64,000 nt of DNA from Planctomycetota bacterium (GTDB lineage: Bacteria > Planctomycetota > B15-G4): NCBI GenBank assembly GCA_965248575.1, contig CBDFJQ010000002.1:4928001-4992000 (forward strand), given 5' to 3'. A program made the translations under genes and the position numbers. Under the pieces are notes generated by a model. That model was not told where the DNA came from. It saw only the letters and a list, made by a program, of their open reading frames with translations, and ran no database searches. Below, one piece after another: positions 48,504-58,771 of this stretch; positions within the stretch are counted from its first letter, which is position 1, and each line of letters begins with the position of its first letter.

Positions 48504-51434
48504 ATGAGCCAAGCCAAGGACATCTTCTTGGATGTACGCGAGCTTCCTGAGGCCGAACGGGAGCTGTTTCTCGTGGAAGCCTGTGGCGGCGATGACCAGT
48601 TGCGGGCCGAGGTCGATGCGCTGCTCGTGGCGGACGGCTGCGTGGCCGACGTGCTTGGGACGACCGTGGAGGCGGTGGGCCAGGGCTTGATCTCAGAGGC
48701 GTCGCGCTCCGGTGCGATGTCCGCTGCCCTCCATGGGGACCTGCAACTGGGAGACCGGGTGGGGCCGTTCCTGCTGGAGGAAGAGCTGGGCGTCGGGGGC
48801 TTTGGCGTGGTGTTCCGGGCCAGCCAGGAGCGACCGGTGCGCCGGCAGGTTGCGCTCAAGGTCATCAAGTTGGGCATGGACACCCTGTCGGTGATGGCTC
48901 GTTTCGAGCTGGAGCGCCAGAGCCTGGCGCTCATGAACCATCCCAACATCGCGCAGGTCTTTGATGCGGGCGCGACGGAGGCTGGGCGGCCCTACTTCGT
49001 GATGGAACTCGTGGAGGGGGTGCCGATCACGGAGTACTGCCGCGGAGAAGGGCTCAGTCTTTCGGAGACCCTGAGGCTCTTCGTCCTCGTCTGCCAGGCC
49101 GTGCAACATGCACACCAACGCGGCGTGCTGCACCGCGACCTCAAGCCGTCCAATGTCCTGGTGGCTACCGTGGATGGTCAGGCCCAGCCGAAGGTCATCG
49201 ACTTCGGCATTGCCAAGGCCATCGGTGACGAGGGTCTCGATGGGCCCTTCGGTGACCTCGGCAGCGGAACGCCAGCGACGCGCGAGGGGCTGCTGCTCGG
49301 CACGCCGGATGCCATGAGCCCGGAGCAGGCTCGTGGTGTTCCGGATATCGACACACGGGCCGACGTCTACTCGCTGGGGGTGCTGCTCTACGAGCTCCTG
49401 TGCGGGGAGAGGCCCTTCGACGGCCGGGGCATGGGTCTCGCTGAACTCCTGAACACGATCCAGGAGAAGGACCCGCTGCGTCCGAGTGTGCGTTCCGGTC
49501 AGGCTCAGGCAGGAGCATCCGAGCTGGACTGGGTGGCCATGTGTTGCCTCGAGAAGGACCGAGACCGTCGCTATGCGTCCGCGAGCGAGCTGGCGGCGGA
49601 CGTGGAACGCTTTCTCTCCGACGAACCGCTCCGTGCCGCGCCGCCGTCCACCCGCTATCGGATGCGCAAATTGTTGCAACGGCATCGGGCCGCAGCGCTC
49701 GCCGTGGGCGGCATCGTCCTGGCTTTGCTGGTGGGCGGCGTGGGCACGGCTGTCGGGCTGATCCGTGCAGAGGGCTTGAACACGCGGCTGAGTGCCTCGT
49801 TGGAGGAGACGCGCGAAGCCAATCGCCAGCTGGACCAGGCGTTGGCGGAGAGGTCGCGCGTCAATTTGCAATTGGACCTGGCGTTGGTCGAAGCGCGCAC
49901 CCAGGCCGACATTGCACAGGCAGTGAACGACTTCCTGAGTGAGGATCTCCTGGGGGCAGCGAGGCCGACCGGAGGGGTGATGCAGGGGCCCGACATGCCC
50001 ATCCGGGATCTCGTCGATGTTGCCGCCGCCGAACTCGACCGCGTCTCCCTGCCGGGAGGGCGTTTTGAGCAGCGCCCACTCGTGGAGGCCGCGCTGCGCT
50101 ACACACTGGGCACGACGTACGACACCCTGGGCTCCTATGAAGAGTCGGCGAGGCACATGGCGCGTTGCGTGGAGTTGCGTCGGGAGCATCTTGGCCCAAG
50201 CCAGCTGTCGACCCTTGAAGCCCTCAGCTTCCTGGGAACGACGCGTCTTCGGCTTGGGCAATGGGCACAGTCACTGGAGGACCAGCGCGCGGCCTACGGG
50301 GGGCTGATGGAGAGCGTCGGCTTGGAGAGCGTTACGACGCTTGCCTCGGCCGCCAGGCTCTCTTCGGCACTGCGGCGCAACGGGCAGGTCCAGGAAGCCC
50401 TGCAGTTGTTGACCGAGGCGTTGCCCGTGGCGAGGCGCGTGCTCGGCGAGCGCGCCCCCGTCAGCACCGACCTCGGCTCAGCGCTGGGTGTCCTGAACGC
50501 GGACCTGGGTCGCTTTGATGTGGCCGCCGATCTGTTCCGCGATGTGCTCGAGGTCCAACAAGATCTGTTGGGGGCACAGAGCCCCGTGACGCTGAATACG
50601 AAGACGCACCTCGCCACCAGCTTGCGCGCGTTGGGAAATCACGAGCGGTCGCTTCAGCTCTATCTCGAGGCGATCGAGGTGCAGCGCGCCGTCGAGGGCG
50701 AGACCCACCCCAATGTCCTGAACACCCTGTTCAATATCTTGGAGTGCCTGCGCTCCATGAATCGCCTGCAGGAGGCGGAGGCCATCGTGCTCAAGGCGCT
50801 GCCGGCCGTTGAGCAGGCCTATGGCAGGGAGCATCCCAATACGCTCCTGTGGTGGAGCAGTCGCGGAGGCCTTGCCGCACAGCAGGGCGATGGGACAGCG
50901 GCAGAAGCGGCGTACCGGGTCGTGCATGAGCGATCCCTGCTGGCGCTCGGCAAGAACCATCCCATGCGCGTGGCGAACAGTTGGGCCCTGGCCGGTCTGT
51001 TGCACGGAATGGGTCGCGGGCCGGAGGGGCATGCCCTCTATGTGGAGACCCACCAGGGCCTGGTGGCCGAGCACGGGGCGAAGTACCCCATGAGCATGGA
51101 GGGGGCCTTGCTGGTCGGGGTCTCTCTACGTGTGCTGGGGGATTTCGAGGCTGCCGAAGTCCAGTTGCTCCAGGTGCATGAGGAGGCGGTTCAGAGCTCG
51201 GACGAGACCCACCCCGTGGCACAGGAAGCGGCGGCCTCCCTCTCTGTCATCGAGTCCCAGCGCGACGCTCCAGAGCAGGCGGCGCGCTGGATGGAGTCGG
51301 CCATGTTGCTCCAGGGCAGCACGAACGGCCGGGCAAGAGGCAGCTGGGCGGGCGCCATGCAACAATTGGTGCTGGCCTGGCGACGAGCAGGGGACGAGCC
51401 GGCCGCCCGGGAGTGGGAGGCGCGGCTCCGCTAG
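48504..51434 (+). CDS. Ser/Thr protein kinase with TM helix and TPR repeats
   Basis: GVGGFG, VALKVIK, HRDLKPSN and DFG motifs; TM helix; LG..HP.TL-type TPR repeats. Confidence 0.95.
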   Translation: MSQAKDIFLDVRELPEAERELFLVEACGGDDQLRAEVDALLVADGCVADVLGTTVEAVGQGLISEASRSGAMSAALHGDLQLGDRVGPFLLEEELGVGGFGVVFRASQERPVRRQVALKVIKLGMDTLSVMARFELERQSLALMNHPNIAQVFDAGATEAGRPYFVMELVEGVPITEYCRGEGLSLSETLRLFVLVCQAVQHAHQRGVLHRDLKPSNVLVATVDGQAQPKVIDFGIAKAIGDEGLDGPFGDLGSGTPATREGLLLGTPDAMSPEQARGVPDIDTRADVYSLGVLLYELLCGERPFDGRGMGLAELLNTIQEKDPLRPSVRSGQAQAGASELDWVAMCCLEKDRDRRYASASELAADVERFLSDEPLRAAPPSTRYRMRKLLQRHRAAALAVGGIVLALLVGGVGTAVGLIRAEGLNTRLSASLEETREANRQLDQALAERSRVNLQLDLALVEARTQADIAQAVNDFLSEDLLGAARPTGGVMQGPDMPIRDLVDVAAAELDRVSLPGGRFEQRPLVEAALRYTLGTTYDTLGSYEESARHMARCVELRREHLGPSQLSTLEALSFLGTTRLRLGQWAQSLEDQRAAYGGLMESVGLESVTTLASAARLSSALRRNGQVQEALQLLTEALPVARRVLGERAPVSTDLGSALGVLNADLGRFDVAADLFRDVLEVQQDLLGAQSPVTLNTKTHLATSLRALGNHERSLQLYLEAIEVQRAVEGETHPNVLNTLFNILECLRSMNRLQEAEAIVLKALPAVEQAYGREHPNTLLWWSSRGGLAAQQGDGTAAEAAYRVVHERSLLALGKNHPMRVANSWALAGLLHGMGRGPEGHALYVETHQGLVAEHGAKYPMSMEGALLVGVSLRVLGDFEAAEVQLLQVHEEAVQSSDETHPVAQEAAASLSVIESQRDAPEQAARWMESAMLLQGSTNGRARGSWAGAMQQLVLAWRRAGDEPAAREWEARLR

Positions 51435-51484
51435 CCCATCCCATCGATGGATGGATGCTTGCGTGTGCGTTGCTCGGGTGCCGG

Positions 51485-52915
51485 CTAGGGTTGAAGGAGC
51501 ATGCGCGCGGCTTCGAGGCCCTCTGCGGAGGAGCCGCCGCCGCCGATGAAGTTGCACTCCATCACGAGACTCCCGCGTGCCACGACCATCGACTTCACCT
51601 GGAGGGTCTCGCCCATGGCCGAGATGGTCTTCTCGGCCCAGACACCCTTGAAGCCGTCTTCGTCCACGGCTGTGTAGTCGGCGCTTTCGATGGTGATGTT
51701 GCCGGTCTTCATCGCCTCGTCCTTGGCGCGCAGCAGCTGTTCCTCAAGCACGGTCAGACGGTCCGCCCAGAGCGGAGACGACATCACGAACACGGCCACT
51801 TGCCGACTGATCTGCGGGCGCTCCTTGAACTGCATGACCAGGATGCGCGCATCGTTCAACTCAGAGAGGACTTCGTCCACGTCCTCGCTGGGTAGGTAGG
51901 ACATGGCCGCCGCGAGTTGAGCAGCCAGCATCTTGATGATCTGAGTGCCCCAGAGCTCTTCGTCGCCGTCGGTGACGTGCTCTTCATAGCCCCTGAGGAC
52001 TGCCTCGATGTCGGTCCCAGGCAGCGCCCGACTCTCGGGCAGCATGTACCAGATGGGGCGGCTGATGACGGCCGTCTCCTTGGGGGGGTGCTGAAAGGCT
52101 CTTTGGATGCCCGCCTCGCCTTCGATCGCCACGAGCTCGTCGATGAAGCGTTCGCCTACCTTGTAGGCAAAGGTGAACTGTGCAACGGCGACCTTCATCA
52201 CGTAGAGCTGCGCGGCAGAGATGGAGTCGGATTGGGGGACGGTATCGATAGAACGCTCGAAGATCTCGAAGCCATCGGACAGTCCGGCTGATGCGCAGGC
52301 CTTGCGGCTGACGTGTTGCGCATGGCCCTCGATCACAGCGCTCACAGCCTGCAGGGAATCCATGTCCGTGCACGAGCTGATGACCGCGTTGAGGTCGTAG
52401 CGAGCGTGATCGATGGCATGCACCGACTCATGCACGAGCACCGCCTTCAAGACATTCAGCGAGTTGAGTTCTGGTATTTCGAGCAGCTTGGCGAGGGTCT
52501 TGATGTTCTCGCGGCAGACCAGGATCTCGCCCGTCCCGAAGGCGAACTTCGCCATGAGAGCCTCCGAGAGCGTCTTGGACATGCTCTCGGCGCTCGTCTC
52601 GGCCTGCTCGCCCTCTCCGAGCTGGGCGACCATCTGGGGGCCAAGCTCCTCCTTGAGGACTGCTTGCAGCTCAGGCCGTGAGATGAATCGCACGCTGACG
52701 GTCTCCAGCTCCGTCGTCGTCTCGGCTGCCGCCAAGGCGAAAGCCTCCTGGCCCAGGATGTGCAGGTCGTCTCCACTCAGGTGTTGGATCCCCTCGGAGA
52801 CGTCCGGCTCAGCTTGAAGGGCCCACGCGGGGCCAATCAGGAAGCCGAGCGTCAGGGCGAGACCCAGCAGTCGATGAAGGGCCGTGCGGGTTGCTTCGTC
52901 GGAAGGAAGTTTCAC
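51485..52915 (-). CDS. Secreted zincin-like metalloprotein
   Basis: Signal peptide; VLVHESVHAID followed by AVIEGHA (gluzincin-like). GTG start inferred. Confidence 0.7.
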   Translation of the reverse strand: MKLPSDEATRTALHRLLGLALTLGFLIGPAWALQAEPDVSEGIQHLSGDDLHILGQEAFALAAAETTTELETVSVRFISRPELQAVLKEELGPQMVAQLGEGEQAETSAESMSKTLSEALMAKFAFGTGEILVCRENIKTLAKLLEIPELNSLNVLKAVLVHESVHAIDHARYDLNAVISSCTDMDSLQAVSAVIEGHAQHVSRKACASAGLSDGFEIFERSIDTVPQSDSISAAQLYVMKVAVAQFTFAYKVGERFIDELVAIEGEAGIQRAFQHPPKETAVISRPIWYMLPESRALPGTDIEAVLRGYEEHVTDGDEELWGTQIIKMLAAQLAAAMSYLPSEDVDEVLSELNDARILVMQFKERPQISRQVAVFVMSSPLWADRLTVLEEQLLRAKDEAMKTGNITIESADYTAVDEDGFKGVWAEKTISAMGETLQVKSMVVARGSLVMECNFIGGGGSSAEGLEAARMLLQP

Positions 52916-53057
52916 AGGCGCGATCCGCTGGAGGAGCGTTGGGTCAGTTCGGTGGGGCGGCCAGTCTATGCAATCCCGTCTTCGCCGCACTCGGCAGCCG
53001 GGGGTCCGCTTGGGTAGGCTCGGCGGCCCCTTGCCACCCGCCCCCAGGAACCTGCTC

Positions 53058-55841
53058 ATGCGCGCGACGCCAACTCTTCATGTCCGCCAACCTTCTTGGC
53101 GGGCCGAATGGCCCTTCGCTGGCCTGTTGCTCACGGCGATCATGCTGCTCGCAGGGGTGACGGAGCTGTGCGCTCAAGCGGATCGTCTGGCGGGCAGCTC
53201 CCGCCGGGTGCCGGCGGGCCTGCCGCCGAACGTGACCTATGACCTGCGCATTCCCACGCCCGCTTCCGTCTTGGGTTGGGAGGTGGGCACCTGGCACGTT
53301 CGGCCTGACCAGATCGTGCGCTACTTCGAACGCTTGGCACAGGTGAGCGACCGCTTTCATCTGGAGACCTATGGCGCGACGCACGAGCAGCGCCCGCTCT
53401 TGTTGGCCACGGTGAGCACCCCTGCCAATCTCGGACGCATCGAGCAGATTCGGGAAGAGCATGTGGCGGCCGTGCGGGCTGGGGATGCGCCGAGCGAAGA
53501 CCGCAAGGCCGTGGTCTGGATGGGCTACAGCGTGCATGGCAACGAGCCGAGCGGTGCCAACGCGTCACTCCTGATGGCCTACTATCTTGCGGCGGCGCAG
53601 GGCCCCGGTATCGAACAGCTCCTGGAGAACACGGTCATCCTGATGGACCCCGCCATCAACCCGGATGGCTTGGGGCGATTTGCACACTGGGCCAATATGT
53701 ACAAGGGGCGCCAGCTCGTTGGCGATGCGTGGCATAAGGAGCACCGGGAAGCGTGGCCGGGGGGGAGAACCAACCACTACTGGTTCGATCTCAATCGCGA
53801 CTGGTTGTTGCTGACACACCCCGAGTCCCGCGGGCGGATTGCGAAGTTCCAGGCTTGGAAGCCGAACCTGTTGACCGACCATCACGAGATGGGCACCAGC
53901 AGCACCTTCTTCTTCCAGCCCGGAGTCCCCAGTCGGCAGAACCCCCGGACCCCGGCCGCGAATCTCGAGCTCACCCGGGCCATCGCTGCCTACCATGCGG
54001 AGGCCTTGGATGCTTCTGGAGAGATCTACTACAGCGAAGAAGGCTTCGACGACTTCTACTACGGCAAGGGCAGCACCTACCCGGATGTGCAGGGCGCGGT
54101 GGGGATCCTCTTCGAGCAGGCCAGCTCCCGGGGACACCTGCAGACCAACGCGTGGGGCGAGCTTTCCTTTCCCGAGACCATCGCCAACCAGGTCACCGCC
54201 TCTCTTTCGACCTTGCGAGCGGCGGGAGCCTTGCGGCAGGAGCTGTTGCAATTGCAGGCCGATGCCACCAACTCGGCACGCGAGGAAGCGGCTGAGGACC
54301 CCATTGGTGCCTATGTGTTTGGGCACGCTCGCGACGCAGCACGGGTGGCCAAGATGGCGGACATCCTTCGGCGTCACGACATCGCGGTACATGGGCTGCA
54401 GGACGAACTCGAGTTGGACGGCGTCAGCTATCGGCCGGGCATGGCCTACCTGGTTCCGTGCGACCAGCTCCAGTACCGCCTGATGAAGTCACTCTTCGAA
54501 GCGCGCACGGAGTTCGAGGACGACACCTTCTACGACGTGTCCACCTGGGTCTTTCCCATGGCCTTCGGCCTGGACCACGGGGAGCTTCGTCGTGAGGACT
54601 TCGGGGTGGGGCTGGGCGGAGTGATCGGCGAGCGACTGCTGTCCGAGCCCATCATCAGGGGAGTCCTGGATCTGAGAGAAGACTACTGGGCTCAGAAGGA
54701 GACGTCCCAGCACCCTGTGGCCTACGCCTTCGAATGGCACGGTCTGCATGCTCCGCGGGCCTTGGCGCGGCTGCACGCTGCGGGTGTTGTGCCGCAGGTG
54801 GCCACGCGACCCATGACCGTGCGGACTCGTGGTGGTCCGGTGGAGTTGGACTACGGGTCGATCCTGGTGCCCACGGGCGTGCAGGACATGGAGCGCGTCG
54901 CCCTGCGAGAAGTCATGCAACGCATCGCGGCGGAAGACGGCCTCAGGGTGCACAGCCTGAGAACGGGCTGGACCTCGGAGGGACTGGATCTCGGCAGCCC
55001 CAGCGCGCGCCCGTTGCAGGCCCCGCGTCCTGTCCTGCTCACGGGAGGAGGCGTGTCGAGCTATGCCGCAGGCGAGGTCTGGCATCAGCTGGACATGCGT
55101 TGGGAGCAGCCTCTCGCCATGGCCGATGTGGAGGACTTCGGGAGCATCGACCTGGAGACGGTCACCCACGTCTTGATGGTGGGTGGGGGCGGTGGTCTGT
55201 CGGAGTCCCAGTTGGAATCGCTGAAAGGCTGGGTGCGCGGCGGTGGAGTGCTCGTGGCCAGTGGTTCGGCCGCCTCTTGGGCGACCACGCGGGTGCTGGG
55301 CCAGGAGCGCGCAGACTCGGACGAGAACGAAGAGCACGAGGATGAGGATGAGGAAGAACTGCTCGATGAGCGCGGTGAGCCGGTCGAGCCCGCCTATGCC
55401 GACTATGAAGCTGACCGGGCCAAGACCCTGGTGAGTGGGAGCATCTTTGAGACCCGGGTCGACCTTACGCACCCCTTGGCCTACGGCATGGTGCGCGACC
55501 GATTGCCCGTGTTCCGGACGGGCACCAGCATCCTGGAGCGGAGCTCTGATCCCTACGCCGATGTCTGTGTGTACACCCGCTCACCACTGCTGAGCGGTTA
55601 CTCCAATGCGGAGAATGTCGAGCGCATCGCTGGCACCACAGCAGCGACGGCACAGCGCTTTGGCGGTGGGTCGGTGGTGCGCATCGCGGACGACCCGCTG
55701 TTCCGTGGCTACTGGTACGGCAGCGCGCGGCTCTACGCCAACGCGCTCTACTTCGGCGACATCCTCAAGTACACCCGCAGTGTCGTCGGTGCTGGGGCGA
55801 GCGAAGCGGACGAGGGCCTGTCGAGCATCGACGAGCACTAG
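53058..55841 (+). CDS. M14 zinc carboxypeptidase family protein
   Basis: SVHGNEPSG, NPDG, R.NHYWFDLNRDW and DHHEMG motifs; C-terminal class I GATase-like region. Confidence 0.93.
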   Translation: MRATPTLHVRQPSWRAEWPFAGLLLTAIMLLAGVTELCAQADRLAGSSRRVPAGLPPNVTYDLRIPTPASVLGWEVGTWHVRPDQIVRYFERLAQVSDRFHLETYGATHEQRPLLLATVSTPANLGRIEQIREEHVAAVRAGDAPSEDRKAVVWMGYSVHGNEPSGANASLLMAYYLAAAQGPGIEQLLENTVILMDPAINPDGLGRFAHWANMYKGRQLVGDAWHKEHREAWPGGRTNHYWFDLNRDWLLLTHPESRGRIAKFQAWKPNLLTDHHEMGTSSTFFFQPGVPSRQNPRTPAANLELTRAIAAYHAEALDASGEIYYSEEGFDDFYYGKGSTYPDVQGAVGILFEQASSRGHLQTNAWGELSFPETIANQVTASLSTLRAAGALRQELLQLQADATNSAREEAAEDPIGAYVFGHARDAARVAKMADILRRHDIAVHGLQDELELDGVSYRPGMAYLVPCDQLQYRLMKSLFEARTEFEDDTFYDVSTWVFPMAFGLDHGELRREDFGVGLGGVIGERLLSEPIIRGVLDLREDYWAQKETSQHPVAYAFEWHGLHAPRALARLHAAGVVPQVATRPMTVRTRGGPVELDYGSILVPTGVQDMERVALREVMQRIAAEDGLRVHSLRTGWTSEGLDLGSPSARPLQAPRPVLLTGGGVSSYAAGEVWHQLDMRWEQPLAMADVEDFGSIDLETVTHVLMVGGGGGLSESQLESLKGWVRGGGVLVASGSAASWATTRVLGQERADSDENEEHEDEDEEELLDERGEPVEPAYADYEADRAKTLVSGSIFETRVDLTHPLAYGMVRDRLPVFRTGTSILERSSDPYADVCVYTRSPLLSGYSNAENVERIAGTTAATAQRFGGGSVVRIADDPLFRGYWYGSARLYANALYFGDILKYTRSVVGAGASEADEGLSSIDEH

Positions 55842-55848
55842 CAGCCTC

Positions 55849-56466
55849 TCAGCTTTGGTCTTCCGTGCGGGCTTCAAGGCGCGCTTCGAGTTCGCGGATG
55901 CGCTCGTCACGTGTGGCCAAGGCGGCGGTCACCTGCGCTTCGGTGAAGCGAGGTGTGATGTGTTGGGGGCAGTTCCAATCGAAGGCCTCGACGTGAAAAG
56001 TCGCGACGCGTTCGATGCGGGCGCGATAGTCGGGGTCTTCGAGCTGGCCCAGGATGTCGGGGCGGTCTGCGGCATCCACGATCTCCGCGCGAGCCAGGAT
56101 CTTGAGCCGTTGTCGGTTGGGGTAATCCATCAAGATCAGGGCCACACGATCGTTGCTCTTCACGGCTCCGGTGCTGATGTACTGGGAGTTGCCCTTGAAG
56201 TCAGCGAAGCCCAGGGTCTGTGAATCCAGCACTTTGAGGAAACCCGCGGGGCCTCCCCGGTGCTGCACATAGGGCCAGTCATTCTCGAGCACCGAGGCCA
56301 TGTAGAAGCTGTCCCGGGCTTGGATGAATGCCGCCTCCCGCTCCGAGAGGTGGCTGTCGTCAAAGTCCATGTCTTCGAGGCGTTGGTTGCGCTCGCGCAT
56401 TCCATTGTTCGTTTGGACAGCCTTGACGTCTGCGGTGAACGTTAACTCCGGGTAGCGGCGTGACAT
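55849..56466 (-). CDS. Pyridoxamine 5'-phosphate oxidase-like FMN-binding protein
   Basis: RDSFYMAS...WPYVQHRGG..GFLKVLD and AFDWNCPQHITPRF motifs. Confidence 0.92.
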   Translation of the reverse strand: MSRRYPELTFTADVKAVQTNNGMRERNQRLEDMDFDDSHLSEREAAFIQARDSFYMASVLENDWPYVQHRGGPAGFLKVLDSQTLGFADFKGNSQYISTGAVKSNDRVALILMDYPNRQRLKILARAEIVDAADRPDILGQLEDPDYRARIERVATFHVEAFDWNCPQHITPRFTEAQVTAALATRDERIRELEARLEARTEDQS

Positions 56467-56562
56467 GTTGGTCGTCCTCGACAGGTGAGGGATGTGGCCG
56501 TCGGCCGTGCGGTCAAAAAGTGTTCACGTTGCAGCGCTTCGAGCACGTGGAGCGCGGGAAGC

Positions 56563-56597
56563 GAGGGCGGGGCGCACCTGTGGCATGCCCCGCCCTC
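56563..56597. other. Intra-operon 11-bp perfect hairpin
   Basis: gagggcggggc / gccccgccctc; no U tract. Confidence 0.7.
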
Positions 56598-56635
56598 TGC
56601 GCTGTCTTGCTGGTGATCTTACTGCCCGTCTGGCT

Positions 56636-57187
56636 TCAGGCCGTGGCGCCGGCGAGCAACTGAACTTCAGGGAAGTCGATGTCGATCTGCGCCGACTTGG
56701 CGAACAGGTTGGTGAGCACATTCAGCCCCACGAGCCCGATGATCTCGACGATCTCGCCCTCACCGAAGCCTGCTTCCCGAACGGCGTTCCACTCGGCGGT
56801 CGTGAGCTCACCGCGGTTGTCGTTGACGGAGCGAGCAAACTTGACGGCCGCATCTGCCTTCGCATCTGCGGAGCCGCCTTCCCGGGCAGCCAGGATCTCG
56901 CTGTCATCCAGACCGGCCATGTTGCCCAGGGCCGTGTGCGCCGAAACGCAGTACTGGCAACTGTTCTCCTCGGCCAAGGCCAAGGCGATCCGCTCCCGGG
57001 TCCGGGCGTCCAGCTCGCCGCGCTGCAGGTTGCCGTTCAGGCCCAGGAAGGCGGCCAGGGTCGGCGCAGAGTTTGCGAAGACTTTCATGAAGTTGGGGAC
57101 CATTCCAAACTGCTTGTTGATGCCTTCAAGCAGGTCCTTGGTCTCGCCGGTCGCGTCCTTGAGCTCTACGTGGTTCAAACGGGTCAT
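56636..57187 (-). CDS. Carboxymuconolactone decarboxylase / AhpD-like peroxidase
   Basis: G.VPN and RERIALA.A..N.CQYC.SAH motifs. Confidence 0.93.
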   Translation of the reverse strand: MTRLNHVELKDATGETKDLLEGINKQFGMVPNFMKVFANSAPTLAAFLGLNGNLQRGELDARTRERIALALAEENSCQYCVSAHTALGNMAGLDDSEILAAREGGSADAKADAAVKFARSVNDNRGELTTAEWNAVREAGFGEGEIVEIIGLVGLNVLTNLFAKSAQIDIDFPEVQLLAGATA

Positions 57188-57279
57188 GTCCTTCTCCTTG
57201 GATAGGTGTGTGCGGGGTTCTGAAAACTGCGGGATGGGTTGTGGGGTGAGCTGGCGATGCGGGCCCTCGGGCCGTGTCT

Positions 57280-57639
57280 TCAGCTGCCGGAGGTCGCGCT
57301 CAGTTCAGCCAAGCGGCTGGATAGCTCTGAGGCTGGGGCTGCTCCGATGACGCGCTGCACTTCTTGGCCGTGCTGAAAGAAGATCAGCGTGGGGATGGAG
57401 CTGATGCTGAAGCGCTCGGAGAGCTCGGGCTGCTTGTCGGTGTCCACCGAGGCGATGCGGGCCGTTCCTGTGAGCTCGGCTGCAAGCTCTTCCAGAGTGG
57501 GAGCCAGCGCTCGGCAGGGCGGGCACCAATCGGCCCAGAAGTCCACGAGCACGGGGGTCGAACTGGCCAGCACCTGCTCATCAAAGGTCTCGTTGCTGAG
57601 CGGAACGATGTGCGGCTGACTCTTGGCGGGAGATCCCAT
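57280..57639 (-). CDS. trxA: Thioredoxin
   Basis: PVLVDFWADWCPPC...SIPTLIFF. Confidence 0.9.
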   Translation of the reverse strand: MGSPAKSQPHIVPLSNETFDEQVLASSTPVLVDFWADWCPPCRALAPTLEELAAELTGTARIASVDTDKQPELSERFSISSIPTLIFFQHGQEVQRVIGAAPASELSSRLAELSATSGS

Positions 57640-57710
57640 GTTGAGGGTCCTTTCGTTGGGTGAAGGCCTCGGTGTCGGCCGACGGGGCCGAGGGAGGCGA
57701 CCACTCCCAT

Positions 57711-57727
57711 TGCGAAGGCCGTGCCAA
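57711..57727 (-). promoter_or_regulatory. Sigma54 (-24/-12) promoter
   Basis: Minus strand TTGGCACGGCCTTCGCA has GG-N10-GC and matches YTGGCACG-N4-TTGCW except at one base; about 70 bp upstream of the trx start. Confidence 0.7.
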
Positions 57728-58026
57728 TTCCGACGCATGTCGTTAAGTGCCTTGCTGCAAATCTCTTGAAGAGATCTGGCTGGAATCCGCAAGGTTCCGA
57801 GGATTTGGTAATCACGAGATACCGTCTCTCAATGGCACGAAATCTCGTACTTCGGCGCCGCCATCGAGGAGCGGAACCAGCGAGAGCTGGAGCGAAAGCG
57901 CGCCCGCGTCTCTCTGCGCCTGCAAGAGGTTCCATATCTGGTTTGACCGCCGTGCCTGTCGCGGATATGCTCCTGCAAATGCGTCGCAATAACAGTTCTG
58001 CGCGCTCTGACTCGATAGGCGTATCC

Positions 58027-58563
58027 ATGGACATCGGCCTGATCTACGGCTCTTCCACCGGTCGGACCCGGGCGGCTGCGGAATTCATCCGTTCCGAGCT
58101 GGGTTCCTCCCATGTGCGCAGCTGCGACGACATTCGCTGTTGCGGCCGCAGCGCCTTTGCAGCCCGGGACCTGCTGATCGTGGGCGCCTCCACGTGGAGC
58201 GTCGGCGAACTCCAAGAGGATTGGCATCGGGCCGTTCCCCACCTGGCTGGCCTCGACCTGTCCGGCAAGCGGGTCGCGATGTTTGGCCTGGGTGATCAGC
58301 GGAACTATGCCGGCACCTTTGTCGACGCCATGGGGCTGCTGCACGAGAAGCTGACCTCGCTCGGAGCCCAGCTGGACCTGGGTTGGTGGTCTACCGAGGG
58401 TTACGACTACCGCACGTCGCTCGCCGAGTACGGGGGGCGCTTCTGCGGCCTGGCGCTCGACGACGAGAACCAGCCAGAGCTCACCGGACCGCGAATTCGG
58501 GCTTGGTGTGAGCAGTTGCGGCACGAATTGGGCCTGCCCGACGACATTGTCCGGGCAGCCTGA
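58027..58563 (+). CDS. Long-chain flavodoxin
   Basis: IYGSSTGRT, GASTW..GELQEDW, FGLGDQ..Y...FVDAMG and GLALD..NQ.ELT..RI..W motifs. Confidence 0.95.
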   Translation: MDIGLIYGSSTGRTRAAAEFIRSELGSSHVRSCDDIRCCGRSAFAARDLLIVGASTWSVGELQEDWHRAVPHLAGLDLSGKRVAMFGLGDQRNYAGTFVDAMGLLHEKLTSLGAQLDLGWWSTEGYDYRTSLAEYGGRFCGLALDDENQPELTGPRIRAWCEQLRHELGLPDDIVRAA

Positions 58564-58664
58564 CTGGCGAAGTAGCGGAGTAGGTGTCTTGGAACCCGGC
58601 CTGGAGCCGCGTGTCCTTCGACATCTGACGGCCCTGTCCCCGCCTTGCCCGTCGTCAAACACTC

Positions 58665-58711
58665 ACGGGCGCGCAGGCATCCGGATCGACTATCCTGCGC
58701 GGCCCGTTTTT
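58665..58711 (+). terminator. Intrinsic terminator downstream of flavodoxin
   Basis: acgggcgcgcagg / cctgcgcggcccgt stem followed by tttt. Confidence 0.6.
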
Positions 58712-58771
58712 GCGACCTCCCGCTTCTGGGACGCGACGCGTCCCCCTCTTTGAACCAGGATTTCTCCCATC

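Noticed and set aside
57831..57850. Second sigma54 promoter on the plus strand (TGGCACGAAATCTCGT)
   Set aside because: The -12 position reads CG rather than GC; it is more plausibly part of an operator.
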